Source of the DNA: Pseudomonadota bacterium
GTDB taxonomy: Bacteria > Myxococcota > JACRCW01 > JAFGSX01
Assembly (NCBI GenBank): GCA_043821645.1
Contig: JBDRCO010000052.1
Coordinates: 32,001 to 96,000, forward strand
Direction: 5' to 3'
Length of the DNA: 64,000 bases
In this document: positions 10,465 to 21,358 of the stretch, in pieces
Position numbering within the stretch: the first letter of the stretch is position 1
Layout: every line of letters begins with the position of its first letter
Made by a program: the position numbers and the translations under genes
The notes under the pieces: generated by a model
What the model saw: the letters and a program-made list of their open reading frames with translations, nothing else
What the model was told of the DNA's origin: nothing
Databases searched by the model: none

Positions 10465-10755
10465 GATGACCTCCTTGGGGGGCACGCCCGGTGGTCCCGC
10501 GGCGCGGTCACAGCGCGTCCAGGCCGGCACCTGCAGCCGGTCCGCACCCGTCGAGAAGGACCTGAGCGTGTTGCCAGGGAGAGAGAGCAAGGGCGGTGCC
10601 AGCACTGGTTCGGCGTGACCGGGGCGCGTCCTGACGGAGCAGGACCCTTCGAGGGCAGGTTTGACCGCCAGGTCAGACGGACGATTTGAGCCACAGGTTG
10701 GCGTATAAGCGCCGCCACACCCTCACAGATCCGCAGCGGTGTTCAGTGAACCGCG

Positions 10756-11637
10756 TCAGCGGGCCATCAGGGGGTCGACCTTCTTGTCCCTGGGGATGAA
10801 CTCGCTGAGATAGTGATTCGAGTGGTACACGGTGAACAGCTTCTCGAAGAACAGCGCCACCGCGAACAACGCCACCGCGAACTCCGCACCCGCCTCACCA
10901 CGGATCATCGACGACACCGAGACCAGGAGCAGGATGATGATCCAGCCCTCGGCCAGCACGTCGAGCACGCCGAGACCGGTGTGGCGCGTGTAGAAGTAGC
11001 CACCGCCCGGGAACAGCAGGGACAGGCGCAGGGCCTCCTTCTTGTTCTTGAATTCGAGCTGGCAGCCCGGGCACCGGACCAGGCCGGCCTCGAGGGCATG
11101 GCCGCAGCGCGGGCAGAGGTGCCGGCGACCCACCGGCGCAGCCACCGGCGCCACCGACGACAGGCGCGGTATCAGCGCCTTGAGCTGGGCGCGTTCCTTG
11201 CCGTGCACGTAGTAGAAGCGCTCGGTCTTGCCGGTGCGGTATTTGAGCTCGAACCGACCCCAGCCGAGCTTGATCTTCTCGCAGTCCCCCCAGCGGACCT
11301 GGGCGATGCTGTCGCGCCAGCCGTAGTTCGTGGTGGTGGGGACGTGGATCATGCGACGGTCGGTGAACACCAGCAGCGCGCGCTTGATGTAGTAGATCAT
11401 CCAGCCGCTGGTGTACTGCTCCCAGAAGGTCATCGGTGAGCAGGCGGTGGTGACGAGCAGCACCTTCTCCTCGGGCTCCAGAAATCGAGGCAGGTAGCTT
11501 GACAGCTTGCCCAGCAACTCGCGCTGGCGCTTCTCGAACCCCTTCTTGGGATTGCCCTTCTTGTCGACGAAGGCCACGCTGGTGTCGACGAGAATGCCGT
11601 CAATGAGCTGCACGGCGGCAGCGGGCGAGGTGCTCAT
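10756..11637 (-). CDS. Hypothetical membrane protein (PH-like domain, zinc ribbon, C-terminal TM helices)
   Basis: LLVFTDRRMI, CPRCG...CPGC and LSLLFPGGGYFY; strongly coding codon usage. Confidence 0.8.
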   Translation of the reverse strand: MSTSPAAAVQLIDGILVDTSVAFVDKKGNPKKGFEKRQRELLGKLSSYLPRFLEPEEKVLLVTTACSPMTFWEQYTSGWMIYYIKRALLVFTDRRMIHVPTTTNYGWRDSIAQVRWGDCEKIKLGWGRFELKYRTGKTERFYYVHGKERAQLKALIPRLSSVAPVAAPVGRRHLCPRCGHALEAGLVRCPGCQLEFKNKKEALRLSLLFPGGGYFYTRHTGLGVLDVLAEGWIIILLLVSVSSMIRGEAGAEFAVALFAVALFFEKLFTVYHSNHYLSEFIPRDKKVDPLMAR

Positions 11638-11709
11638 CCCTGTACCTCTGTGGATGTCTGGTGGGGGGAGAATAATGCGAGCGGGTGCCGCACACCAGGC
11701 CTGGAGCGC

Positions 11710-13803
<2,094 letters not shown>

Positions 13804-14060
13804 CGCTTCAATCCTCGGTGGAGTCCTCGCGAACGCACGGCGATCCGGGTCATTCCGGCAGCTTGCCGGTTCGCGAGGGGGCCCAACAAAACCTGGCCAG
13901 GTGGCGCTGTCAAGCCCGCACCATCCGAACGGAGTGCTCCACGACCCTTGTCCAGCAGGAGCCCGGGTGTCGGGCTGCACGCCGCGGGTCGCCACCTGCC
14001 GCCAAAAACGCTATACGGCAGCACTCGCCCGATGTTCAACGCGACTGCAAGGAGGAACTC

Positions 14061-15260
14061 ATGTCGTCGAGCAAGGTGGTGATCGTCGAAGCCCTGCGAA
14101 CCCCCATCGGTGCCATCGGCGGCGGCCTGGCCAGCCTGCAGGCGCGCGAGCTGGCAACCCGCATCATCCGCGCGCTGCTCGAGCGCAGCGGCCTCAAGCC
14201 CGAGCTGGTCGAGTACACCTGCATGGGATGGGTGATGCAGGATCCGCGCTCACCCAACCTGGCCAAGGTCGCGGCCGAGTTCGCGGGCGTGCCCAACACC
14301 TCACCGGGCACCACCTTTCACGAGAACTGCGCCTCGGGAGGCGCCGCCATCCACAGTCTGGCCCGGCGCATCAAGCTGGGCGAGGTCAAGCTGGGAATCG
14401 CCGGTGGCGTCGAGAGCATGAGCAACGTGGCGCGCTATCTCTATGCGGGTCGTACCAAGGGTCAGCTCTACGGTGACATGACCCTGGTCGACGGCCTGTT
14501 CGGCGCTCTCACCGACAGCAATGTTGGCAAGGACGGGGAACTGATGGGGCTGATGACCGAGCGCCTCGTCGACAAGTACGGTGTGACGAGGGAAGAACAA
14601 GATCAGGTCGCCCTGCGCAGTCACCAGAATGCACTCAAGGCCTGGGACGAGGGCGCCTTTGCAGACTACGTGGTGCCCGTCGAGCTGACCCAGAAGAAGG
14701 GCGATCCCGTCGTCGTTCAGAAGGACGAGGGTCCCAGGGCCATCACGATGGAACAGCTCGCCAAGGCAAGGCCCTATTTCAAGCCCGACGGAGGTACCAT
14801 CACCAGCCTCAACGCCAGCAGCCTCAACGATGGTGCGGCCGCGCTGATCCTGGCCGACGAGGACTACGCCAGGAGCCAGGGCCTGACGCCGCTGGCGGAG
14901 CTGCACAGCTTTCACAACGTTGGTGTGCCCCGCGAGCTCATGGGCGAGGGCGCTTTCAAGGTGGTGCCGCCCCTGCTCGAGAAGAACAAGCTGTCCCTCG
15001 GCGACGTGGACCTGTTCGAACTCAACGAGGCCTTCGCCGCGGTGCTTGCGGCGGCCTTCCACGATCTCAAGGATCTGCCCGTCGACAGGACCAATCCCTG
15101 GGGCAGTGGCATCTCGCTCGGACACCCGGTGGGTTGCACCGGCGCGCGCCAGGTCGTGGACATGGTCCACCAGCTGCGTCGCCGCGACAAGCAGGTCGGG
15201 CTGACCAGCCGCTGCGTTGGTGGTGGCATCGGTTCGGCCGAGCTGCTGTTCCGCATGTGA
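14061..15260 (+). CDS. Thiolase (acetyl-CoA C-acyltransferase)
   Basis: AAGGAGG RBS; catalytic ENCASG, NEAFA, GHPVG and CVGGG motifs. Confidence 0.95.
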   Translation: MSSSKVVIVEALRTPIGAIGGGLASLQARELATRIIRALLERSGLKPELVEYTCMGWVMQDPRSPNLAKVAAEFAGVPNTSPGTTFHENCASGGAAIHSLARRIKLGEVKLGIAGGVESMSNVARYLYAGRTKGQLYGDMTLVDGLFGALTDSNVGKDGELMGLMTERLVDKYGVTREEQDQVALRSHQNALKAWDEGAFADYVVPVELTQKKGDPVVVQKDEGPRAITMEQLAKARPYFKPDGGTITSLNASSLNDGAAALILADEDYARSQGLTPLAELHSFHNVGVPRELMGEGAFKVVPPLLEKNKLSLGDVDLFELNEAFAAVLAAAFHDLKDLPVDRTNPWGSGISLGHPVGCTGARQVVDMVHQLRRRDKQVGLTSRCVGGGIGSAELLFRM

Positions 15261-15264
15261 CGCC

Positions 15265-15915
15265 ATGCCGGAGCGCGATCCCCGCCGCCAGTTTCTCGAG
15301 CGCATGACGGTGTTTCCGTCGGGCGAGGCCATGCTCGAGGGTCTGTTTCATACCGGCGACCGCACGCCACCCTGTCTTGTCGCGCCGCCCCACCCGCAGC
15401 TCGGTGGCAGCATGGACTCGCCGGTCTGCGCGGAGCTGTGCTGGACCCTGAGCCAGCAACGCTTGCCCACCCTGCGCTTCAACTATCAGGGGGTGGGAGC
15501 CTCGACCGGGCAGTCCCACGGCGACCAGCGTGACGTCGAGGATCTGCGTGCAGCACTCGGTCAGCTGCGCGAGACCACGGCGGTCAACGAGGTGGCCGTG
15601 GTGGGCTACTCCTTTGGCGCTTTTCTGGCTGCCCAGCTCGCACAGCGCGATCACCTGCTCGCGGCCTGCGTGCTGGTGGCACCGCCCGGGGCACTCTTCC
15701 CCTTTGACTGGGAGGCCCTGGGGCGCGCCACGTGCCCTGTTCTCGTACTGCTGGCCGAACACGACGTGTACTGCGACGCCACCGTGGCGACGAAGATGGC
15801 CCAGGCCGCGGGCCTGACCGTGCGCACCATCCGCAACGCGGATCACTTCTTCAGCCGGGGCCTGTTCGAGGTGGGCAGGCTCACTGCCGAGGTACTGAGC
15901 GAGAGTGCCGGCTGA
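15265..15915 (+). CDS. Alpha/beta hydrolase (PHPxxGG subfamily)
   Basis: PPHPQLGGSMD, LRFNYQGVG, GYSFG nucleophile elbow and ADHFF. Confidence 0.9.
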   Translation: MPERDPRRQFLERMTVFPSGEAMLEGLFHTGDRTPPCLVAPPHPQLGGSMDSPVCAELCWTLSQQRLPTLRFNYQGVGASTGQSHGDQRDVEDLRAALGQLRETTAVNEVAVVGYSFGAFLAAQLAQRDHLLAACVLVAPPGALFPFDWEALGRATCPVLVLLAEHDVYCDATVATKMAQAAGLTVRTIRNADHFFSRGLFEVGRLTAEVLSESAG

Positions 15916-15995
15916 CCACCCGGGGCGTCGCCTTCTTGACCGCGCTGGCTCTGGCCAGGTCTTAAGTGGGCTCTCGCGCCTCGACGAGAATCCCT

Positions 15996-16187
15996 CTAGC
16001 GCGAGGGGGGCGTGGCCGGCGTCGGGATCACGTCGGCGGGGCGCTTCTCGGCGGACTTCTTGCCGAGCTTGGCGAGCAGCGCGTCCTGGCCGCCGTATGC
16101 GAGGTCTGCACGATCTTGTGCCTCGAAGCTGGTGAAGCGCCCCAGGGGTTTGCGGGTGGCAGCGACGCGGGGCTCGGTGAAAAGCAT
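15996..16187 (-). CDS. Possible small protein (63 aa)
   Basis: GAGG lies 6 nt before ATG at 16187; fills an intergenic gap with GC3-rich codons. No recognisable domain. Confidence 0.45.
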   Translation of the reverse strand: MLFTEPRVAATRKPLGRFTSFEAQDRADLAYGGQDALLAKLGKKSAEKRPADVIPTPATPPSR

Positions 16188-16378
16188 GTCAGACCTCGCA
16201 CAGGTGTTTGGCACTGGGTCCATGCGCACGCGATATATTACACTCCGGGTTGCGCAGGCGAGACAGAGAATACTGCGGAGCGACGAAGGGAGCGGTGTGC
16301 TGGTCAGGCCGGAGCCCTGTCGAAACCACCTCCTGGTGGTGGGTGCTGGCTGCCAGATCCTCGGAAAGGGCATCCCAC

Positions 16379-18244
16379 ATGCGTATTCTTGTTATTGAGA
16401 ACATCGAGGCCTCCGCGCAGTGGCTGCGCACGGTGCTCACGGCGCAGCACTGTGAGGTCATTGTTCAGGCCGATGCCGGGACCGCCATCGGGAACGTCGT
16501 GGGGGGAGCATTCGATCTGGTCGTGGCAGATTCCATGCTGCCCGGGCTGCGCGGCGAAGATGTGATCGAACGCCTGCGCACACTGGGGACATTAGTACCG
16601 ATCATCCTGCTGTTTCCCCTCGTCGGTGCAGCGCCGCAGCTGCCCCCGGGCGTTGTGGCCCTGGAAAGACCTTTCTCACGCCAGCAGCTGCTCGACACCG
16701 TGCAGCGTGTCGTCAGCGGTGTTGCTGCCGCCGAGGATGGGGTGGTGGAGGCACTCCCCGACCAGCTCCCCGAGGCCCTACTGCAGCTCGCCCGTCGCGG
16801 TGTCAGCGGCGTGCTGCAGGTCACCCACGAGGCGTCCCAGCGTCGGGTCACCATGCGCGGCGGCGTGCCTACCTATGTGTGGGCCGAGTACTCCAGCGAC
16901 AATTTCGGGCGTTTCCTGGTGCGGCGGAAGGTGATCACCGAGGAGGTTCTCGAGCAGAGTCACGCTGCCATGGTGAGCAAGGGGGTCGCCCAGGGTGAGG
17001 CCTTGATCCTGCTCGGAATCCTGCAGCAGGCCCAGCTCTACGCGCTGCTCAAGGCCTATCATCGCGAGCGGCTGCTGACGATGTTCACCTGGCCCTCACC
17101 CTCCCTGGAATTTGCCGAGGGCCGGGAGATTCCACGTGGTGAGCCTGTGTATGCCATCGATCCCATCCCGCTGGTGTTCGAAGGCTACCAGCGGCATGGC
17201 AGCACCGACGATCTGTTCCACTGGCCCGAGAAGCACGGGGACAGCTATGTGCGGCGCTGCCCCAACTTCGATGTGTACTTCCCGATGCTCCAGTCGCAGT
17301 GGCCGCGCTTGCCCCTGACGCAGCTGACCGCCGGCGGTGAGCCTTTGCACATGATCCTTCGCGCCCTGCCCGTCGACGTGATCTTCGCGGTACGCACCCT
17401 GAGCGCCCTGATCAGTCTCGAGATGATCGAGCTGGTCGACGCGCCCGTGGCCGAGTCCTCCGAGGTTTTTGTCATCGAGGTCGAGGACAGCCAGATCATC
17501 GGCGAGTACAACCTGGATCGGGGCCGTGGTGATTTCGACGTCGATCTGGATGAACAGATCGATCCCCGGGTCAACCAGGTCTTCGAGACCTACCTGTCCC
17601 TGCAGTTTGTTTCCTACTACGAGCTGCTCGCGGTGCCTGCCAATGCCACGGCCAGCATCGTGGCGACGGCGTACGAAAGTTTACGTGGCCACTACGAGGA
17701 GCTGCTGGAGGGTCTGGGATCGCAGCCCGAGGCCGTGGCCAAGGCGCAGGAGATCCTGGTGCACCTGCAGTTCGCGTGGGCCGTGCTCAACCAGCCCGAT
17801 ACGCGTCTGGCCTACGACAAGAAGCTGCTCGAAAAGCAGAACGCGACGGTGAAGCGTCGAGCCAGCCTCGGGGCCGAGGCGCGTTTCAAAAGTGGGCTTC
17901 ACGCGCTGCGCGCAGGGCGTTTCCAGGTGGCCCGGATCGAGTTCGAGGCCGCCCGGGCCCTGCGTGCAGGCGATGCCCTGTGCAACCTGTACACCTTGTG
18001 GGCCAGCTACCTTCAGCAACGCGAGGCCGTGCGCAAGATGGGTGAACTCCGCCGCGATCTCGACGCGCAGGCGCGCTTGCTCGGAGACGCCGAAGGCTAC
18101 GCCTTCCACGCCTGGATCTGCCTCGACCTGGGCTTCGTGGACAATGCCCGCCAGGCCGCGGCCCAGGCTCTCAACATCGATGAGGCCAGCGTCGAGGCCA
18201 ACAACGTGTGGCGTGCTCTCGAGGACCTCGAGAAGGCCACCTGA
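16379..18244 (+). CDS. Atypical receiver + DUF4388/PATAN-like + degenerate J domain + TPR protein
   Basis: MRILVIEN...DLVVADSMLPG, SGVLQV...FGRFLVRRKVIT, SYYELLAV...RLAYD and a C-terminal TPR. This is a myxobacterial-type architecture. Confidence 0.82.
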   Translation: MRILVIENIEASAQWLRTVLTAQHCEVIVQADAGTAIGNVVGGAFDLVVADSMLPGLRGEDVIERLRTLGTLVPIILLFPLVGAAPQLPPGVVALERPFSRQQLLDTVQRVVSGVAAAEDGVVEALPDQLPEALLQLARRGVSGVLQVTHEASQRRVTMRGGVPTYVWAEYSSDNFGRFLVRRKVITEEVLEQSHAAMVSKGVAQGEALILLGILQQAQLYALLKAYHRERLLTMFTWPSPSLEFAEGREIPRGEPVYAIDPIPLVFEGYQRHGSTDDLFHWPEKHGDSYVRRCPNFDVYFPMLQSQWPRLPLTQLTAGGEPLHMILRALPVDVIFAVRTLSALISLEMIELVDAPVAESSEVFVIEVEDSQIIGEYNLDRGRGDFDVDLDEQIDPRVNQVFETYLSLQFVSYYELLAVPANATASIVATAYESLRGHYEELLEGLGSQPEAVAKAQEILVHLQFAWAVLNQPDTRLAYDKKLLEKQNATVKRRASLGAEARFKSGLHALRAGRFQVARIEFEAARALRAGDALCNLYTLWASYLQQREAVRKMGELRRDLDAQARLLGDAEGYAFHAWICLDLGFVDNARQAAAQALNIDEASVEANNVWRALEDLEKAT

Positions 18245-18378
18245 CCGGAGCGTGACGGAACGCGCATCGGCGCTCCACCTTTGAGCCATCGCATGGTAGG
18301 CACTGCCGGCGGGTTCAGCCGACAGCCCGCGATCACCGACTGCCGGGGCGCGCCACCTGCGCCCCAACGAGGGCAACC

Positions 18379-19890
18379 ATGGAAGCCATCCTGAAGGAGC
18401 TGGGAATTGCCAAGATCAACTCGGGCGCCTGCGGCGAACGCTGGATCGAGAAGCCCGGCGGCCGCGAGCTGAAAAGCATCAATCCCACCACCGGCGAGAC
18501 CATCGCCACCATTCTTCAGGCCAGCCGGGACGACTACGAGAAGGTCATGGCCGATGCCGTCCAGGCCTTCGAGACCTGGCGCATGTGGCCGGCTCCTCGC
18601 CGCGGCGAGGTGGTGCGCCAGATTGGCCATGCCCTGCGCGAGAAGAAGGATGCCCTGGCCGCACTGGTCTCCCTCGAGATGGGCAAGATCAAGGCCGAGG
18701 GCCTGGGTGAGGTCCAGGAGATGATCGACATCTGCGACTTCGCCGTGGGCCTGTCGCGCCAGCTCTATGGCCTGGCCATGCACTCCGAAAGGCCCATGCA
18801 CCGCATGTACGAGCAGTGGCACCCCCTGGGCGTGGTCGGGATCATCAGTGCCTTCAATTTCCCGGTGGCCGTGTGGTCCTGGAACGCAGCCATCGCGGCG
18901 GTGTGCGGCGATAGCATGATCTGGAAGCCGTCGTCGGACACACCCCTGACCGCGCTCGCGGTGCAGAAGATCGTGCAGCCCGTGCTCGAGCGCAATGGCT
19001 GCGCCGGGATCATGACCCTGGTGATCGGCAAGGGCAGCGAGATAGGCGAGACCCTGATCAACGACCCCCGCATTCCGCTCATCTCGGCCACCGGCTCCAA
19101 CACGATGGGCGAGCGTATCGCCAAAGCCGTGGCGTCGAGATTCACCCGCCTCATCCTCGAGCTCGGCGGCAACAATGCCATCACCGTGATGGACGATGCC
19201 GACCTGGACCTGGTGACCCGGGCCGTGCTGTTCGCTGCCATTGGCACCTCGGGTCAGCGCTGCACCTCGCTGCGCCGGCTGATCGTGCAAAAGGGTGTCG
19301 CCCCCGAGCTGACACGGCGCTTGCTGGCCGGTTACAAGCAGGTGCGCATCGGTGATCCCCTCGACGACAAGACCCTGATGGGGCCACTGGTCAACGAGGC
19401 GGCGGTGGCCGACATGATGGCTGCTCTTGACGTCATCCAGAAGCAGGGCGGCGAGATCCTGTGCGGCGGGAATAAGATAGACCGTCCTGGTTTCTTCGTC
19501 GAGCCTGCCATCGTCAAGGCCCGGGCAGACATGCCCATCGTGCAGGAGGAGACCTTCGCGCCCGTGCTGTACATCATCGAGTGCGAGGACCTCGAGGATG
19601 CCATCCGCATCCAGAATGGCGTGCCCCAGGGTCTGTCGTCGGCAATCTTCACGCGCAATCTGCTGGCCGCCGAGACCTTCCTGAGCGCCCGCGGGTCCGA
19701 CTGCGGCATCGCCAACGTCAACATCGGCACCTCGGGCGCCGAGATCGGTGGTGCCTTCGGTGGCGAGAAGGCCACCGGGGGTGGTCGCGAGGCGGGCAGC
19801 GACAGCTGGAAGCAGTACATGCGACGCCAGACCTGCACCATCAACTGGTCCAGCGATCTGCCCCTGGCGCAGGGATTGACGTTCGGTTGA
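18379..19890 (+). CDS. Aldehyde dehydrogenase family 7 (piperideine-6-carboxylate / aminoadipate-semialdehyde dehydrogenase-like)
   Basis: GEVQEMIDICDFAVGLSRQL, LELGGNN, GQRCT, SDCGIANVNIGTSGAEIGGAFGGEK and GSDSWKQYMRRQT. Confidence 0.95.
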   Translation: MEAILKELGIAKINSGACGERWIEKPGGRELKSINPTTGETIATILQASRDDYEKVMADAVQAFETWRMWPAPRRGEVVRQIGHALREKKDALAALVSLEMGKIKAEGLGEVQEMIDICDFAVGLSRQLYGLAMHSERPMHRMYEQWHPLGVVGIISAFNFPVAVWSWNAAIAAVCGDSMIWKPSSDTPLTALAVQKIVQPVLERNGCAGIMTLVIGKGSEIGETLINDPRIPLISATGSNTMGERIAKAVASRFTRLILELGGNNAITVMDDADLDLVTRAVLFAAIGTSGQRCTSLRRLIVQKGVAPELTRRLLAGYKQVRIGDPLDDKTLMGPLVNEAAVADMMAALDVIQKQGGEILCGGNKIDRPGFFVEPAIVKARADMPIVQEETFAPVLYIIECEDLEDAIRIQNGVPQGLSSAIFTRNLLAAETFLSARGSDCGIANVNIGTSGAEIGGAFGGEKATGGGREAGSDSWKQYMRRQTCTINWSSDLPLAQGLTFG

Positions 19891-19926
19891 GCTTTCGAGC
19901 GGGCGCGCTGCGCACCCCCGGGCAGG

Positions 19927-20949
19927 TCACTTCTTCTCTTCGACCAGGGCCACCGAGCATGCCGAGACCTTGCCGTCTGCCTCGACGGTGAGGGTGTAAC
20001 GCACCTTGTCCGGCACCAGCACGAGTTCGACCGCCGTGGCCTCGCCTTCGGCGCGGGAGAAGCGCCACTTGTTGGCCACCTCGCACACGCAGCGCTCGAG
20101 CCCGGCCTGGTCGACACTGCGCTGGCGGCGCTGGCCCAGGCGCTCGCGACAGTGACCGAGCTGGAAGTCGCGGGTTGTGGCGACCCGGGCCAGGTCTGCA
20201 GCCCGGTTTGCCACCGCCGGGCGATCCGGCGCGCTGCTCGGGCCCACTCCGGGGGACTTGTGCTGGACGTCAACCAGCGAGGAGCGTCCCGCCTCGACGT
20301 CGAGGAAACAGCCCCGGGCGTACAGCGATCGCTGCGTGTCATTGTGTAGGAGGTCCGACGGCGGAACGAAGGCGGCACCTGCCATGTCGACCGCGGTGCT
20401 GGCGCAGCTGCAGACCACATCCTTCATCGACTTCTGATCCAGTGGCTTTGGCAGGCTGGGCTGGCTGTGCAGCATCGCCGCCGAGGGATGATCCGCGGGC
20501 AGCGCATTGAGGGTGTCGAAGAGCTCACCCAGGGGCTGGCAGGCCAGAGCCATCGTCTCGAAGCGCAGTCGGTCCAATCCCTCGATCCTGTTGACCGGGC
20601 TGTAGTCCGCCACCGCCTGTCCCAGCGCGAGGGCCGCCAGGGACAACTCGACACGCTTGCGCGTGGCCTTGTCCCGGGCCTTTTCTTCCGTCGCCCCGAC
20701 GTCGAGAGCCTTGGCCGCTTGATGCAGCATGAGGATCTGGCAACGGTACGCTGCCACGTCGTACCCCTTGAGGACGCGGCGCGTGCATTCCGGAGCCTTC
20801 TTGGTCAGCTCCTCGACAGCGACCTGGGGCTGTTGCCGCGCCAGCTGCGCGGCCCGGGTCTCCTTGCGCAGAACGCGATCCGTGGCCTGGCTGGGGACCG
20901 CCAGAGTTGGCAAGGCGAGGAGCACGAGACTGGCAGTGACGCGGTGCAT
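19927..20949 (-). CDS. Hypothetical secreted Cys-rich protein
   Basis: Signal peptide MHRVTASLVLLALPTLAVPSQA and many Cys. The C-terminal C...CVCEVANKWRF loosely resembles AgmX/PglI-type C-terminal domains. Confidence 0.65.
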   Translation of the reverse strand: MHRVTASLVLLALPTLAVPSQATDRVLRKETRAAQLARQQPQVAVEELTKKAPECTRRVLKGYDVAAYRCQILMLHQAAKALDVGATEEKARDKATRKRVELSLAALALGQAVADYSPVNRIEGLDRLRFETMALACQPLGELFDTLNALPADHPSAAMLHSQPSLPKPLDQKSMKDVVCSCASTAVDMAGAAFVPPSDLLHNDTQRSLYARGCFLDVEAGRSSLVDVQHKSPGVGPSSAPDRPAVANRAADLARVATTRDFQLGHCRERLGQRRQRSVDQAGLERCVCEVANKWRFSRAEGEATAVELVLVPDKVRYTLTVEADGKVSACSVALVEEKK

Positions 20950-21358
20950 GCAAGACACCCCGGTTCGGATGTGATAAAAATTACAGAGCTGATTTTGACA
21001 CATACCGAGCTCCTCGGGTACCCCCGCCTCCTTCACAGCACAGGCAGTCAGAAAAACAGTGCGGTGTCGGGGTGATGGCGACGGGGCACGAACTTGACGG
21101 GTCACTGGCGCTGACGTACCTTCGATTTGAATGGGCGGTGCCTGCCCCCGTTTTGGGGCCTGCACCTCTGGTCGAGAAGAGGGCACTGGGTCGCGAGCAG
21201 ATCAGCTCGCCAGACCAGTGTTATGCGATTCCGTGCGGTAGAGGCACCGCGTCCTGGCATCACACGCTCCTGGCGTGGGTGAGGATCTGCGGCGCGACGT
21301 TGCTTGCCGGGGGAGCGAGCGCGCTGTCTCCGCACGGGGTCATCACGGAAGGGCGCCG

